Below are positions 31,524 to 45,454 of a stretch of 64,000 nt of DNA, piece after piece. The notes below the pieces were generated by a model that was given only the letters and a program-made list of their open reading frames with translations, had not been told where the DNA came from and ran no database searches. How positions within the stretch are numbered: the first letter of the stretch is position 1; every line of letters begins with the position of its first letter. The DNA comes from the human T2T-CHM13v2.0 reference genome, Homo sapiens. The stretch is taken from NCBI RefSeq assembly GCF_009914755.1, contig NC_060932.1; one strand, 5' to 3'. A program made the translations under genes and the position numbers.

Positions 31524-33247
31524 ACATTAAAAAAAGTTCTATGAGCTGGGTTTAACATGTGCTACTCACAAAGTGCTTTCTGTAGTATAAGGATAAAACT
31601 ACATCCTTAGAATCTTCAAGACAGAATGCTATTTATTTCCCATTGTCTGTCAACCCGAAGTTGCCCCCACAAAAACGGAGGATCTAAATGTCAGTTTAAA
31701 ATGGGGCTTACAAAGTGTGTTCCATTCCTAATCACTTTTGTGAATTTGCTAAATAGTCCAATTAATTGGTTTTCTTCCAGATATTTTCTGGTTCTGCAAT
31801 TCCATTTTGAATGTTTCTAGCATACTTTGATACAAACCAATCAGCAACTAAGCCCATAGACAACAATAAAATAACTCCAGGAAAAAAAAATAGGCATGGT
31901 TGGTGTTGGATATGAACAACAAACAATATGTGAACATAAGCAAATCATTAGGGAAAATCTTCATTTTCTCCGATATTTTCATTTTGATTTAATAGGCACA
32001 GAAAACATATGCTACAATTATGGAAGGTAATACATCAAATGAAAGATACATCACATAACACAATGAGCCTTTGGAGATGTGTGAAATGATAGCACAAGGC
32101 CCTGAAAACTTTAAAAATAGAGGCATTCTGAGTCTCTGCAAACCTTTGGAGAATTAAGAGAACCAAATAAGGCAATTTATTACTTTCTACAGCTTACAAT
32201 CCTAAGAGATTTAGGGAATGTACATTTATATGCTTCTTGTATAAGGTTGGTTAACACAGGAGGTCAGGGTATTTTCTTTACATTTCATTTCTGTAGAACT
32301 CTTGAAATTACATAGATTTGAATGCCAGAGGGAAAATAGAAGTTTCCGTTGCATGTTTGATAAGAAGCATTTCAAGTTAAAGGTCAATGGTCAATGTTCT
32401 GATGAGTGGCCTACAAGCCCGAGCTTTTGCAAATAATGGCATGTGCTTTCCTTCTCCAAAAATAATGACAAGCAGATGAGAAGGGACTCCCAGATAGGGA
32501 GGCCAATTGAAGGGCAAATGAGCCTGTCCAGCACTTGAAAATCAGAGCATGTGACAGAGAGCAAGTAACACTTTTCAGAGCTCTAGTGGGCTGATTTGCA
32601 TCCAAATAGCAACTCGAGACAAGCAATCCATTCTTTTAATATATATTATTTGTCTTTTGGGGCATAGGAGGCTATACTAAGAAACCATGAATTTCATTCC
32701 TCAAAAAGTTTACCATCAAAGAAAATTATAGGAAATAAAAATTACTAGGTACCTAAATAAACAAACAAACAAACAAAAAACAGCAAAAAAAGAGGCTCAA
32801 GAAAAATAAATTTGTTGGATCAAAATTTTACATATTAGAAAAATATATATTTGTGCAAATAGTAAACCCAATCTAATGTACAAAAACTTTAAAATATTAA
32901 GGACATCCAATTGGTAACACAATATGTTGCTATTAAAAATAATAGAGTACTTCTAGACTAACTATAACTTTGGTACAAGGATCTTACTGTTTCCTTCAAA
33001 TCCCAATAAAAGTGATGAAAGAAAAATAAAATAGAGGAGTAATTGCAGAACATTGAACAGAAAATCAAGGTGACATTCACGTGGCGCAATCTTTGAGGTA
33101 GTTCCACATAAATTCCTAAAGATCTAGCAAATTCTTTGAAAATCATACATTTACATAATGAATCCTGGGGGGACAGGAAGAATATGGAACTGAGAGCAAA
33201 CAGTTCAAAACCTTGTTGACATCTGCTGTACTCAGAGGCAAATGCTG

Positions 33248-33738
33248 TGAGATAGGAGTTCAGCAGACTCCGCAGATAAAACAGGATGCAGTAAAGAAGC
33301 TGGCCAAACCTCCCAAAACCAAGTTGGCAAAAATAGCCACCTCTGGTGGTCCTCACTGCTCATTATACCCTAATCATAATGCATTAGCATGCTAAAAGAC
33401 ACTCCCACCAGCACCACGACAATTTACAAATACCATGGCAACATCCAGAAGTTACTGTACGTGGTCTGAAAGGAAGAGGAACCCTCAGTTCCAGGAATTC
33501 CACACCCCATTCCTGGAAAACTCATGAATAATCCACCCCTTGTCTAGCATGTGACTAAGAAATAATCATAAAAATAGTCAACCAGCCTATGGAGTAGCCA
33601 CCCTTTCATTCTTTTATGTCTTAATAATTTGCTCTCACTTAACTCTGTCTGCTCACTCTTGAACTCCTTCCTGTGCAAAGCGAAGAACCTATATGACTTC
33701 TCAAACTGAACCCCAACTTTGAGGTTCGCCCTGTGACA
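33248..33738 (+). mobile_element. MER41-family (ERV1) solo LTR
   Basis: tg...ca ends; ataatgcattagcatgctaaaagacactcccaccagc..accatggcaac..ctcatgaataatccacccct. Confidence 0.8.
33489..33518. promoter_or_regulatory. Tandem GAS (STAT) motifs TTCCAGGAA and TTCCTGGAA within MER41
   Basis: Both match TTCCNGGAA, at 33489-33497 and 33510-33518. Confidence 0.55.
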
Positions 33739-35714
33739 CAACTATGTGAAATAAGAAGCCCAGTGGTGGAGCCTTTCCCTGACATGGTAGGCCGTCCTCC
33801 AGGATGATGGTGGACACCATCCTTGCCCGCTCACATTCTGCTGAGAATGAAGGCTCAGTAAAAAATTACATATGAAAGCTGGCCTTTGCCAAAGAAGCAT
33901 AGCTGTCTACAGAGAACAAACTGTACTAAAATAAAGTCTGTTTATTTCCCCTTATCCCAGGCACTGGATCATAGAACTGATAACGTCACCTTTTATCAAC
34001 AATTTCTTCTGCAAAACATACTAGAAAAGAATTTTAATAACATCCTTATGGACAGTGAGAGGACACAAACAAAGCTTCTGACTACGTTTCTGATGAATAC
34101 CAGGCTGCAATGGTGTACCAACAAAATCCAATATCACACCTGGATTTTACTGTGCGAAGTTGAAGAAGCAAAAGAATATTGCTTGGTATTGATCTTTCCT
34201 AAGAAAACAGAGGTAAATTATGATGTATTAATAAGTTTACAGTAAAATTCTATGAAAGATGAAGTACTTAAAATAGGGAAAAAGAAAAGATGATAAAATA
34301 GTAAAACAGAGCTGAATAAGACACAGAAAAAAATGTAAAAAATTAGAAATGCCATGGATAAAAGCAGCCTTACAGAAGCCAAAATACATCGGAAGGTTTC
34401 ATCTAAGATATGAAATTAACCAATTTACTACAACTACCAGAATGCACTGAAATAAGACAGAGATGAAAACTGCAAGAGAAACTATGATAGGCTATTTGAC
34501 ATCACTGAAAAAGAGACTGCAAAAAAAATAAATATATTTTTAAATATATGATATATATATTTTTAATACATCATATTTCATAAATATTATATAACCCCTG
34601 AGATGAAGGCTACAATCTTCATATCTCAAAAAACTTTCAACTTTCCAGAAACAAAATTTAAAAAATAGGGGAAAAAACCTAACATACCCTGGTAAATAAA
34701 ACTTTAGCATCAAATCCAAAAAAAAGTCATACAAGCAACCATGCAGAAAAACAAAAGAAAAATATAAAAACTCGCCATAGACTCTTCTGCTTTATTATTT
34801 GTAAGAACACTATGAAACAAGACTACAGATTTGTGAGAAGTAAAACGTTATAAACAGAAATTCTAGAACAAACAAAACTGAATGTTTCACATATTATACA
34901 ACAAAGCATTCTCAAATACCCTCATAAAGCAAACATATGTTACTTATCTTTAAAAAACAATTTAGAGACATATTCTAGGTAACCATGAGACAGATTGAAA
35001 TCAGGAACTCAGGAATAGAGAAATCAAGGTGGAGAAAAGTTACCTGACAGTGACGTCTCATCACCTCCATACACAGCTAAGTCTAAATTGTTGTAAATGC
35101 CATTATTTAAAAAGAATGGAAACTGTATAAATAATTATTGAATAGTAAATACATACTACAAAATATTATATAATAAACTGGGAATATTTTGCAAAGTGCA
35201 TAATGAAGATAGTATTTTATTTGTAAATATCTCTTACAAATTTTAAGCATAAACACTACTGTTAAAACCAAAAAGAACACACGAAAACCACACACACACA
35301 TAAACAGGCTAAATCCCAAAAGAAAAACAAAGCCACATAACCATTTGTTTAAGAGATTTCTAAAGTTATAATTTTAATCATCTCATCTTGGAGTGTAACA
35401 AAAAGAGAACCAGCTATCAGCCTGTGTATCAGGAATTTTCCGCAGAAAATTTGTATTACTTTCTCTTCCTAAAGAGACGTAACAGACAAAATTATTATGT
35501 GTAGGTTACATATTGAGCATATCTTATTTTTAAATATATAATAAATTATTATCATTGTGTACTTACCTGTAAGACTTGGCCAGAAGATTATATGACTGAA
35601 ATAAAAACAATTGAGTCAATTAGAATTTCCAGTTTCTACCTGGCAATTCTAAGGAAACAAACCAACGACAAGAGCCAATGCTGATGTAACAACATGGTAG
35701 AAATAGAACAGTCA

Positions 35715-36815
35715 AGAACACTGTTTATGGGAACGTAAATTAGTATAGCCATTATAGAAAGCAGTATGAAGGGTTCTCAAAAAACTACATATAGGGCCGG
35801 GCGCGGTCGCTCAGGCCTGTAATCCCAGCACTTCGGGAGGCCGAGGCGGGCGGATCACGAGGTCAGGAGATTGAGACCATCCTGGTTAACACGGTGAAAC
35901 CCCGTCTCTACTAAAAATATAAAAAATTAGCCGGGCGTGCTGGCAGGCACCTGTAGTCCCAGCTACTCGGGAGGCTGAGGCAGGAGAATGGCGTGAACCC
36001 GAAAGTCAGAGCTTGCAGTGAGCCAAGATCGCGCCACTGCACTCCAGCCTGGGCGTCAGAGGGAGACTGCGTCTCAAAAAGAAAAAAAAAAAAGAAAAAA
36101 AAAAGAAAACTGCAAATAGAACTACTATATAATCCAGCAATCCCACTACGGATTATCCAAAGGAAAGGAACTCAATACATCAAAGGGATAGCTGCACCCC
36201 ATGTTTACTGCAGCACTATTCATAATAGCCAAGATATGGAATCAACATAAATGTCCATCAACAGATGGTGGATAAAGAAAATTGTGGTATACATACACAA
36301 TGGAATACTGTTCTAAAAAAAGAATGAAATACTGTTATTCACAGCAACAGGGATGAGTCATGTTATTAATTATTAATGACTTATTAAGTGAAATAAGTCA
36401 AGCACAGGAAGGTAAATACCACATGTTTTTTACTCATATGCGGCAGCTAAAAAACAATTGAACTCATGGAAGTGGAGAGTAGAACTGTAGGTATTCGAAG
36501 CTGGGAAGGGGAGGAGGAGAGGATAGGGAGAGGTTGGTTAACGGGCTACAAAATTGAAGCTGCACAGGAGGAATGAGCTCTGGTGTTCTGCAGCACTGTA
36601 AGATGAAGATGATTAACTGCAATTTATTGTATATTTTCAAAACGCTCCAAAAGAGGATTCTGAATATTCTCAATGCAAAGAAAAGAATGAATTCTTTGTG
36701 ATAGAGATGCTAATTTCCCTGACTTGCTCATTATGCATTGTATACACATACGGAAATATCACTCTGTATGCCATAAATATGTACAATTATGACATGTCAA
36801 CTAAAAATAAAAGGA
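35715..36815 (+). mobile_element. L1MA 3' end interrupted by AluY
   Basis: atccagcaatcccactac..cagcactattcataatagccaagatatggaatcaac..ccataaatatgtacaattat. Confidence 0.85.
35795..36105 (+). mobile_element. AluY, full length
   Basis: ggatcacgaggtcaggaga..aacacggtg..gaatggcgtgaaccc; degenerate TSD aaaact(a/g)ca(t/a)atag. Confidence 0.95.
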
Positions 36816-38261
36816 ACAAAATAACAACACTTTTAAAAAATTTAAAAAAGAATCAGCCTTTTCTGACAGTGGCTAAGGAAAAGTCAACAACCTCAAACGG
36901 CTATAGGTAGGCAGATCTGCTAAAGTATAGATTTTCAGACATTTGCTAGGAGAACCAACCAAGATTTCCCCCTAAGAAGTACCTGCGACCAAATCTCAGC
37001 CTCAGGAGGGCCCAAGAGAGGTCGTCAGGGCCATATTCTTTGCCAGCCACACTCAAAGACAAGGTCCACACTGTGAGCCCTGGGATCATAAGTGGACAAA
37101 GGGGAATAAGGGATCGGTGGTACTAGGATTGACTTTTTTATTGTTTTCATTTTCTCCAATGAACATACATAATGTTTCCATTCAAAAAACAGAATAATAT
37201 TTTTCAAATGGTTGTTGCAGATAATATGTGATATGGGCCACATTCATGACATAAGTGCTAAGTGTAAATTTTATTTACAACTCTGAGGAACAAAATAAGC
37301 TTGGAAGGGAATATTTAAAAACAAAATGACATGAACAGTAAGATTATGAATTATTAAGGTTTGTCCTCTAATGTCTAAACATTCCATAAGATGGTTATAT
37401 GTTTTAATCATTTTAGATATTTTAAACATAATTGGAATCCAATCATTCTGCAACACATATATATTAAGACATATGTACCAGAATAGTATCATATCTTCTA
37501 GCCTTTAAACAGATTACAGGAGGATCAATGAATCTTAATATATATTAGAAGGCCTTTTTTGATTCGAAGCATTCACAAATAATAAAATAAACCTGGAGAT
37601 TTAAAACGGAGGTGATTTTCAAAGGAACATTTTTTTTTGGAACCCACTCTTTTTAGAAACTGTAGTAGTAATCATTGATTAATTATTGGCATTGCTGGAA
37701 TTTTACAAGTGACAAATTTCACATCTAATCATGGATGACAGAATCTCCAAAGACTGGATATATTGCAACTAAAGCAATCAAACAAATACAAGTTATTTTG
37801 GATACAGCAAAGACCACAGAAAGACTTTAATGAAATTTCAGTAATCCTTGCTAGGAGAGAAATTCACAAGGCCAGAGAACCCTAACTTCTGAAACTATTG
37901 TTCTTCAGAGCATCTGAAGAGCCCATTGTCAGAGAAATTGAAGTGGATCTGGCTTTTGATTTAAAATAAGTTCCTATCATGAACTGTCACTTCCAGGCAT
38001 TCCAACCTCAGGCACATGATGAGCTGTGGATGGCAGAAGCTATAATCAGAGGTAAAGCAACTGGTGATAAAGTACAAGGTGCCATAAGTTTCAATATAAA
38101 TCAATAGAGAAATTCCATCTCTATCCAGTTAAATCATTTCTAACTTTACTGTCTTACAGGAAATACAACCTGTGTCAAAAGAAAGGCAAAGTCAGAATCT
38201 ACTGCTATAATTCCTATAACGTCTATTTTCTTAACAGTGCTTCAGCAAACTCTTTTGGTGC

Positions 38262-38723
38262 TGTTATGTGAAAAGTATCTCCCCTTAACCCTGGGTGCAA
38301 GGGTAGAATCCCATTGTGTTGGCAGGTAAGAGCTCACAGCTGCTCCCTTCTCCAGGAATTGCCCTCAGCTGGCAAAATCTGCTTTACCACAGCCTCCTTA
38401 GTCATAGCCACCAGTTAATGACTGAGTGATTTTGGAGTACAAAAGGTCAACAACCTTGCCATTCATGCAGTGAATACTCTAAAGTTCCCAGCTCCCCACG
38501 CCCCACACACATACCCAGCTTCCATGTATCAGACCATGCCCAGCCTTCATCTGATACCACATCCTTGCCTGGCTCTTTCTCCTTCCCTTCTTCCCTCTCT
38601 TCTCTTTCCTTCTTCACTCCCTCCACTGAGGGATTTTTCCTGAAGATCACTTCCTCAGTAAATAAATCACTGTCACCTGAATTCCTATTTCAGGCACTGA
38701 TTCTACAGAACCAACCTAAAACA
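38262..38723 (+). mobile_element. LTR16 (ERVL) solo LTR
   Basis: ccttctccaggaattgccctcagctg..taatgactga..aataaatcac..cagaaccaacctaaaaca. Confidence 0.7.
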
Positions 38724-39228
38724 GAACAAAAATGAAAATAAACATACTTAAAAATCAAATTAAATTTTAAGACTTAGGCTGCACAAATCTCTGGATATTC
38801 CATCAATGTGTATTTGACCTTCTTTATTCCTCTCCCGAAGAGAACTTCTCCAGTGTATCTTATTCCCCACTGCCTTTAAGACACTGACATCGGTTCAACA
38901 ATTGTATGTTGACTTCCCAGGTGTATATGACAATGCTTAAGACTATTGCTAAGCACAGCCTTAATGTTTGGAATAACATAATGACAGCAAGATTCAACTC
39001 CTAGCTCTAAAGAAAAAAAGAAAAAAGAAGATTCCACTCCTGACATACTCGGACTGCAGTTTTGTATCCAACAACTCTGAAATTAGTAGGAGAAGAAAAG
39101 ATACACTCTCTGCCCCTCAAATATTTTTATCCTTTACAAAGCAGAAATGCAGAACACCTTTGATGCCAAGTGTTACTTACCCTACACTGCCCTTCCTCAC
39201 CTTTCTGTGGCTCCTAAACCACTTAACA

Positions 39229-39527
39229 TGGTGTGTGGTGGCTCAGGCTTGTAATCCCAACACTGGGAGATAAGGCAGGATTGCTTGAGCCCAGGAGTTT
39301 GAGACTGGCCTGGGCGACGTAGCGAGACTCTGTCTCTACAAAAAAATTCAAAAAGTTAGTCAACCATGGTTGTGCGTGCCTGTGGTCCCAGCTACATGGG
39401 AAGCTGAGGCAGGGGGAGCACTTGAACCAAGGAGGTTGAGGCTGCAATTAGCAGTTTTCACACCACTGCACTCAAGCCTGGGCAACAGAGAAAGACCCGT
39501 CTCAAAAAAAAAAAAAAAAAAAAAAAA
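39229..39527 (+). mobile_element. AluJ with A24 tail
   Basis: ggattgcttgagcccaggagtttgagac..gaggttgaggctgca. Confidence 0.9.
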
Positions 39528-39708
39528 GTGAGAGAATTTGTTTTGATTTGCTTTAATTCCTCCTAATGAGAGTTTTAATTTCCATTTCAATCATTGGGGA
39601 AAAATTTTTTGAAAGCATCTGCTCTGTACCAGGGCCTGGAGATTAGGGTAATGAAAAAACAGACAAAATCCTTTTTTTTTTTAAATGATGCTTACATTCT
39701 AACTGTGG

Positions 39709-39710
<2 letters not shown>

Positions 39711-39751
<41 letters not shown>
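39711..39751. repeat. (CA)20 perfect microsatellite
   Basis: Direct read. Confidence 0.95.
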
Positions 39752-39755
<4 letters not shown>

Positions 39756-39769
39756 ACAAAACAAATTGT

Positions 39770-40315
39770 GTTATATCCAGACAATGAAATATAGTTCAGT
39801 ACTAAAAAGAAATAAGCTATCAAGCCATGAATAGAGGAAACTTACATGCATGTTACTAAGTAAAAGAAGCCAATCAGAAAAAGCTACATACTGTATGATT
39901 CCAACAATGTTACATTCTGGAAAACCTAAAACTATGGAGACAGTAAAAAAGATCAAGGGTTGCCAGAATTTCGGAGGAAGAAGGAAGGAATAGGCAAAGC
40001 ACAGAGGATTTTTAGGACAGTGAAACTGCTCTGTATGATCCTACAATGTTGGTGCATGTCGTACATTTGTCCAAACCCACAGAATATACAATACCAAGAG
40101 TGAGCCCTAATGTAAATTATGGACTCTGGATGATAATGTGACAGTGTAGGTTCATCAGTTGCAACAATGCACCAGTCTGGTGGCAGATGTTGATAATAGA
40201 AAAGGCTACACCTGTGTGTGGGCAGAGGCTATATGGGAAATCTCTGTACCTTCTGCTTAGTTTAGCTGTAAACCTAAAACTACTCTACAAAATAAAACCT
40301 ACTTGAAAAAAAAAA
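39770..40315 (+). mobile_element. L1MC-type 3' end
   Basis: atccagacaatgaaata..aagctatcaagccatgaa..ctacatactgtatgattccaac..aaacctaaaactactcta. Confidence 0.8.
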
Positions 40316-42073
40316 CAGAATGCAAATAAAATTATAAATTCTAGTAAAGAAGAACATCCAAAAATAACTTTGTCTCTAAATTTTAATATAACATTTTAAA
40401 CAAATTATTTTTTCCTCCATAAATTGCATTCTAGGCCAAGGAGCTTACTAGTCCTTGGAATGTTTTAGTAAAATATAGATTGATCAAATATTTTAATATG
40501 ACCTTATTTCCATTACAACTCAGAGAAGGGAAGAGTATATTCATCTAAAGAAAGTAATGGTTTCTCCAGTAAAATAAGTTGAATAATTTCATAATTTAAC
40601 AGTGGCATTATTTGAAATAGCAAATACTTGATAAAAGATTTATCTATAAAATGCACACTTAAACTATAAAAATATTATTAGTATTTTTGGACAATTAGCT
40701 ATTGTTCTGCACAATTTCACTAATAAAAATTTCACTAGCAAAAATTAAAATGGCTATAAGTAGCTAAAAGGTGCAGACTGTGAAATCATTCCTCAATAGT
40801 GGTCACTTAAATGAACTGTTCTCTCAATGTAGATGGTAGGTTTACCCAACAGTTGCATTGCCCAATTATTTGCATACTAACCGTGTCTTGTGAACACTGC
40901 AGCATCCATCACAGCCTTTGTTTCATGATCCACATTGAGACTGTGCTTCCAACTGGACCACAGGAGTAATGGTAACTTTGAGATTACTTTGACATTAACA
41001 ACCAGATCTGAAAAAGGAATCACACACAGCTCTAGCTGCAAAAGGGACTGTAAACTCTATGAGATGGTACAATGCTTGAGGAAGATATGACATATCCCCA
41101 GCATAGAAGATACTAAATAAATGCCTATGGAATGAATGAATAAGCAAAAACAACATACACTTATATTGTGAAAGCTCGAATTTTATGCTCCTTCGTGTTC
41201 CCAATTAACTCAGAAGGAATACTTCATGGAATCATAGAAAATTATTTCCCCAGTGATAAAGAAAACTAGGTTAAACTAGAAGGCATACTATAAGTCATTT
41301 TGTAACTTTAATATATAGGTTAATGATTATTGACTGGAGTTTGAGATTAATAGGTCACACTTGCTGTAGCTGTAAAAATAAGTACTGTGTAAAATATGTA
41401 ACATCTAAAATGTATTTAATAAAGGAATGTGTCTAATATAAATATTTTCAGGGATATTTTATTAAATAGATTTTTCTCACATCTTTCAATAAGGAGTCAG
41501 GCAAAAAACATACTATTCTATCTATCTATCTATCCACCTCACTCCTTTTCATTGCTGAATCCCAAATTTGCTCTGATTAAGTGGTAGCATTGATTCTATA
41601 GCTGGTTTCCTTTCTTGACTATTTGAGGATCTCCTATAGTTCACTCTTAAGAACTTTGCAAGATATTGCTTAAATTCTCCTTCAGTCTAGCCAGTTTTAT
41701 TCTGACCTTCTATACCTTCTAGATATTTACATTGTCTTTTCATGAACCTACATTTAAGTTTCACAGGTGTCTTTTTTTTCTTGCAATAGCTTCATTGACT
41801 TTGCCTGTCAGTTATGCTATGAAAACTTGCAACAGACTTTATATACTTACTATACTCATACTTAAAAATTAAACTAATTATTTAACTAAGATTAAACATA
41901 AAATTTATTCTTTATCAAAAAATTAAAATAACGGAAAAAATAAAAATAAAATAGAAAAAAAATAGAACATGTGGAAAATACACCAAAAATATAAAAAATA
42001 AAAACATAATAAAAATGAAATTTATGCTCATCAAATGTACAGATTTCAGAAAGCTGGAAAGTAGAATAATATA

Positions 42074-42141
42074 TTAGTTAGGTACAAAGGTAATTGTGGC
42101 ATTTAATGACAAAAACCACAATTACCTTTGTAAGAACCTAA
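42074..42141. mobile_element. MADE1 (Hsmar1-derived MITE), internally deleted palindrome
   Basis: ta-ttag..tacaaaggtaattgtgg..aaaaaccacaattacctttgta..acctaa-ta. Confidence 0.85.
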
Positions 42142-44549
42142 TAATAAAACCAAAATTAAATATCACTATGAGAGATTGGATCTCAAACTCAAAAGGTGAA
42201 TTTAAAGCCCTGTATTTATGTTCAAAAAATAATTACATAAGTACAGAATGAGAAGATAGGTAACATAGCTAAAATTCACTTGGAAAAAACATAAAAGTTT
42301 TAACTGTGAACTCACTAGGATCAATTTTAGGATGGGACAACTTGAAAACTAAATCCAGTCTAGCTGCATTGATAGAAGTCATATGAAAGTAAAATTCTAC
42401 TGCATTCTAGTGCTTCTCAAGGTTTTCTCAAGAATATTTTCCATCTAAATACAACTTTTAAGAAAAAATCACCAGTGGTGTTTTCAACCTTAATGCTTCA
42501 TCAATTTGACTCACTGAACTGTGTACTGAAACTATTGGAGCTACTTAGGAGTGAGATAAAGTGCTCCACTGAGAAAATCCAAAGAGTGGGAAGTCAAGAA
42601 TGAGACAGCAAGTAGAAAATGTGAAATCATTGGGGTGAAAAGGAAGACTCCAACAAAAGGCAATAAAATAGCATTCACTCAAATACTGATGAAATGTTCT
42701 CCATTATCCATATGCCAGCAGCTGAATGACACCAACACCATGCCATTACCTAAGTAATTGCACACATTTGTAATTCACAAAGAACTAAATGGATATCTGA
42801 ATTTATCTTATTTTCATCTGCCTTCTATTCGATTTGTCATTACAAGTATGTGAATTGTTACTGTTTGTGTAACTGCTCCTGATACATGAAACGTTAAGTA
42901 GTTAGCACCAAGAAGATCCTAACACATTTCAACATTACATCATGGCTGGTGGTGAAATGATATTACATTTACTTTTTTTTAGAAAGTTTGACTTATATAG
43001 TGTGCATTTCAGTGAATCTGTTATTAATGATATTTTCAAACATTATATAATTATCTATTTCAAGAATCATAACCACTTCCCAGAAAATGGTTCTCCTATT
43101 CATTGAAGAACATATGAAGTATATTCTGCATATGTTGATATGTACTTGAGAGATAGGAGAAAAAAAGTACTATTTCTGTATCACATCTATTTACTGATTT
43201 GAAATACTATTATTATTATTATTGCCCAAATGTTTATTTTGCAATAATTATAACCACACTAACATCTACCCAACAACTAAAAAATGAATTCTTAGTCTTC
43301 TGTAAACACAATAAGCATCACACCATTTTAATAATTAAACTGAATGCCTTCCCTTTACATTTCTCCTACTTCTCCAAGTCATCTCAGCCCCAGCCACTCT
43401 CTAAGTAAAAAGAGGAGAAAGAAATAGCAGGTATTTGGGCAAGTAGGTTTTTTTACACTAACTAACATTGTTTCCCTCATAAAAGCAAGCTACAGATAAT
43501 TCTTTCCTGTATTCTTAATTTCTCAGCACCACTAGCAGGACTAGTTCAAAACCATGGTACAATATCAAATTCAAGTACGCTAATATCATAATAATGAGGA
43601 TCCCTGTTAAAACATCACTGAACATTAGAATGTAATTTAATGGCTGAGTGGCTTGAAGAATTTAATCTCCTTCCTCAACATGGCACAAGAACTGCTGCTA
43701 CTTTCAGCATAAAAGTCCAGCAGATGGTGGAAAGTCTAGTCTGATAAGTATAACAGGCTTCATCAAGTACAGAAGGATCTGTATGAATTAAATGTATTAC
43801 ACTTAAAGGTATTACATAAATAAAGTCACTATTTCCCTTCTTAGAAATGTCTTGTCCTGACTTTTCCAACTTTCCTTTTCTCCCAAAGGGAAAAATAAAC
43901 AAAAATCCAACGAGCCGTGTTGGTTAAACATTCACATCATTCCTATTGCCATGAGTACACAGCTCAACACACACATGATTTTTAGGAATATATAAAGTAA
44001 GTCAAAAGGGAACAGACAAGAGAGATTGAGACTAACTTCCAGACATTTAATATAATTATTGGATCAATCCAGACAATAATAAAACTAATTTGATTCTTCA
44101 CTGAATGATCTGAAGAAATTTCTCTTTGATATCATAATCTCTAAAGGGAAGAAATAATGAGAAATAGGTCAGTGAAATTTAACACTGGATATCACAAGAA
44201 TGTTATGGATTATACCTTCCACCAAAACATACAGAGCCTTTTTATGAGTATCCATGAGAAAAACTTCACTATGATTTTAGTACCAGAAACATTTCTCATT
44301 TGAAACTTATGGACATCATGATTATTTCAACTGCTTATGTTTCTCTGTTTGTTCTAGCTACTGAAAGGTCCAAGCCAAAGTTTTAATCCCCTTCTTACAA
44401 ATGAAAATGACTTTCTGTGATGCTTCTGTCCCTGAATCTTTCATTTGGCATTAGATTATCTTACTATTTCTTTCCCTATACCTCAGGTATGTCCAAAAGT
44501 CAACTCCGGTTCTCTAATTCTCTTTTTAAATGTATGGATCAAAGTTTAG

Positions 44550-44821
44550 GTCTTACTCCATTTTGTGTTGCTATAAAGGAATACCTGACGCTAGGTGATT
44601 TATGAAAAACAAAAAAAGCATTGTTTGTTTGGCTCATGATTCTGATGCCTAGAAAGTTCAAGAGTGGGCATTGGCATCTGGTGAGTGCCTCAGGCGTCTT
44701 CCACTCATGGCAGAAGCCTAAAGGAAGCCGGCATGTACAGATATCACATCACAAGAAATGTGGAATCCGCCCCATCACCAAAACATACGGTTTGGAGGGG
44801 ATAAACATCCAAACCATAGCA
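44550..44821 (-). mobile_element. MSTB-like MaLR LTR, internally deleted
   Basis: tcttactccattttgtgttgctataaaggaatacctga..aacatccaaaccatagca. Confidence 0.8.
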
Positions 44822-44910
44822 GTATGTATAAACAAGTAAATTGTATATTGGGATTCTTATTGTTTTTTTAAAAGATAATCAGTATAATCCTTTAAAAGAA
44901 ACAAGCTTTT

Positions 44911-45325
<415 letters not shown>

Positions 45326-45454
45326 TTATAGACAATGAGCAGCCAGTTTTAAATGATTATTTCCTGTTTCAATCTTTGATTAACAGTTGAATTCTTTGAT
45401 TTCAGAATATTCCCCTTAATTGAATTTTCTTCTACCATACTAATCTACAGATTC

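Noticed and set aside
34250-35000. A-rich plus-strand region suggesting coding bias
   Set aside because: Many stops; most consistent with heavily decayed ancient L1 sequence, and too degenerate to call as a feature
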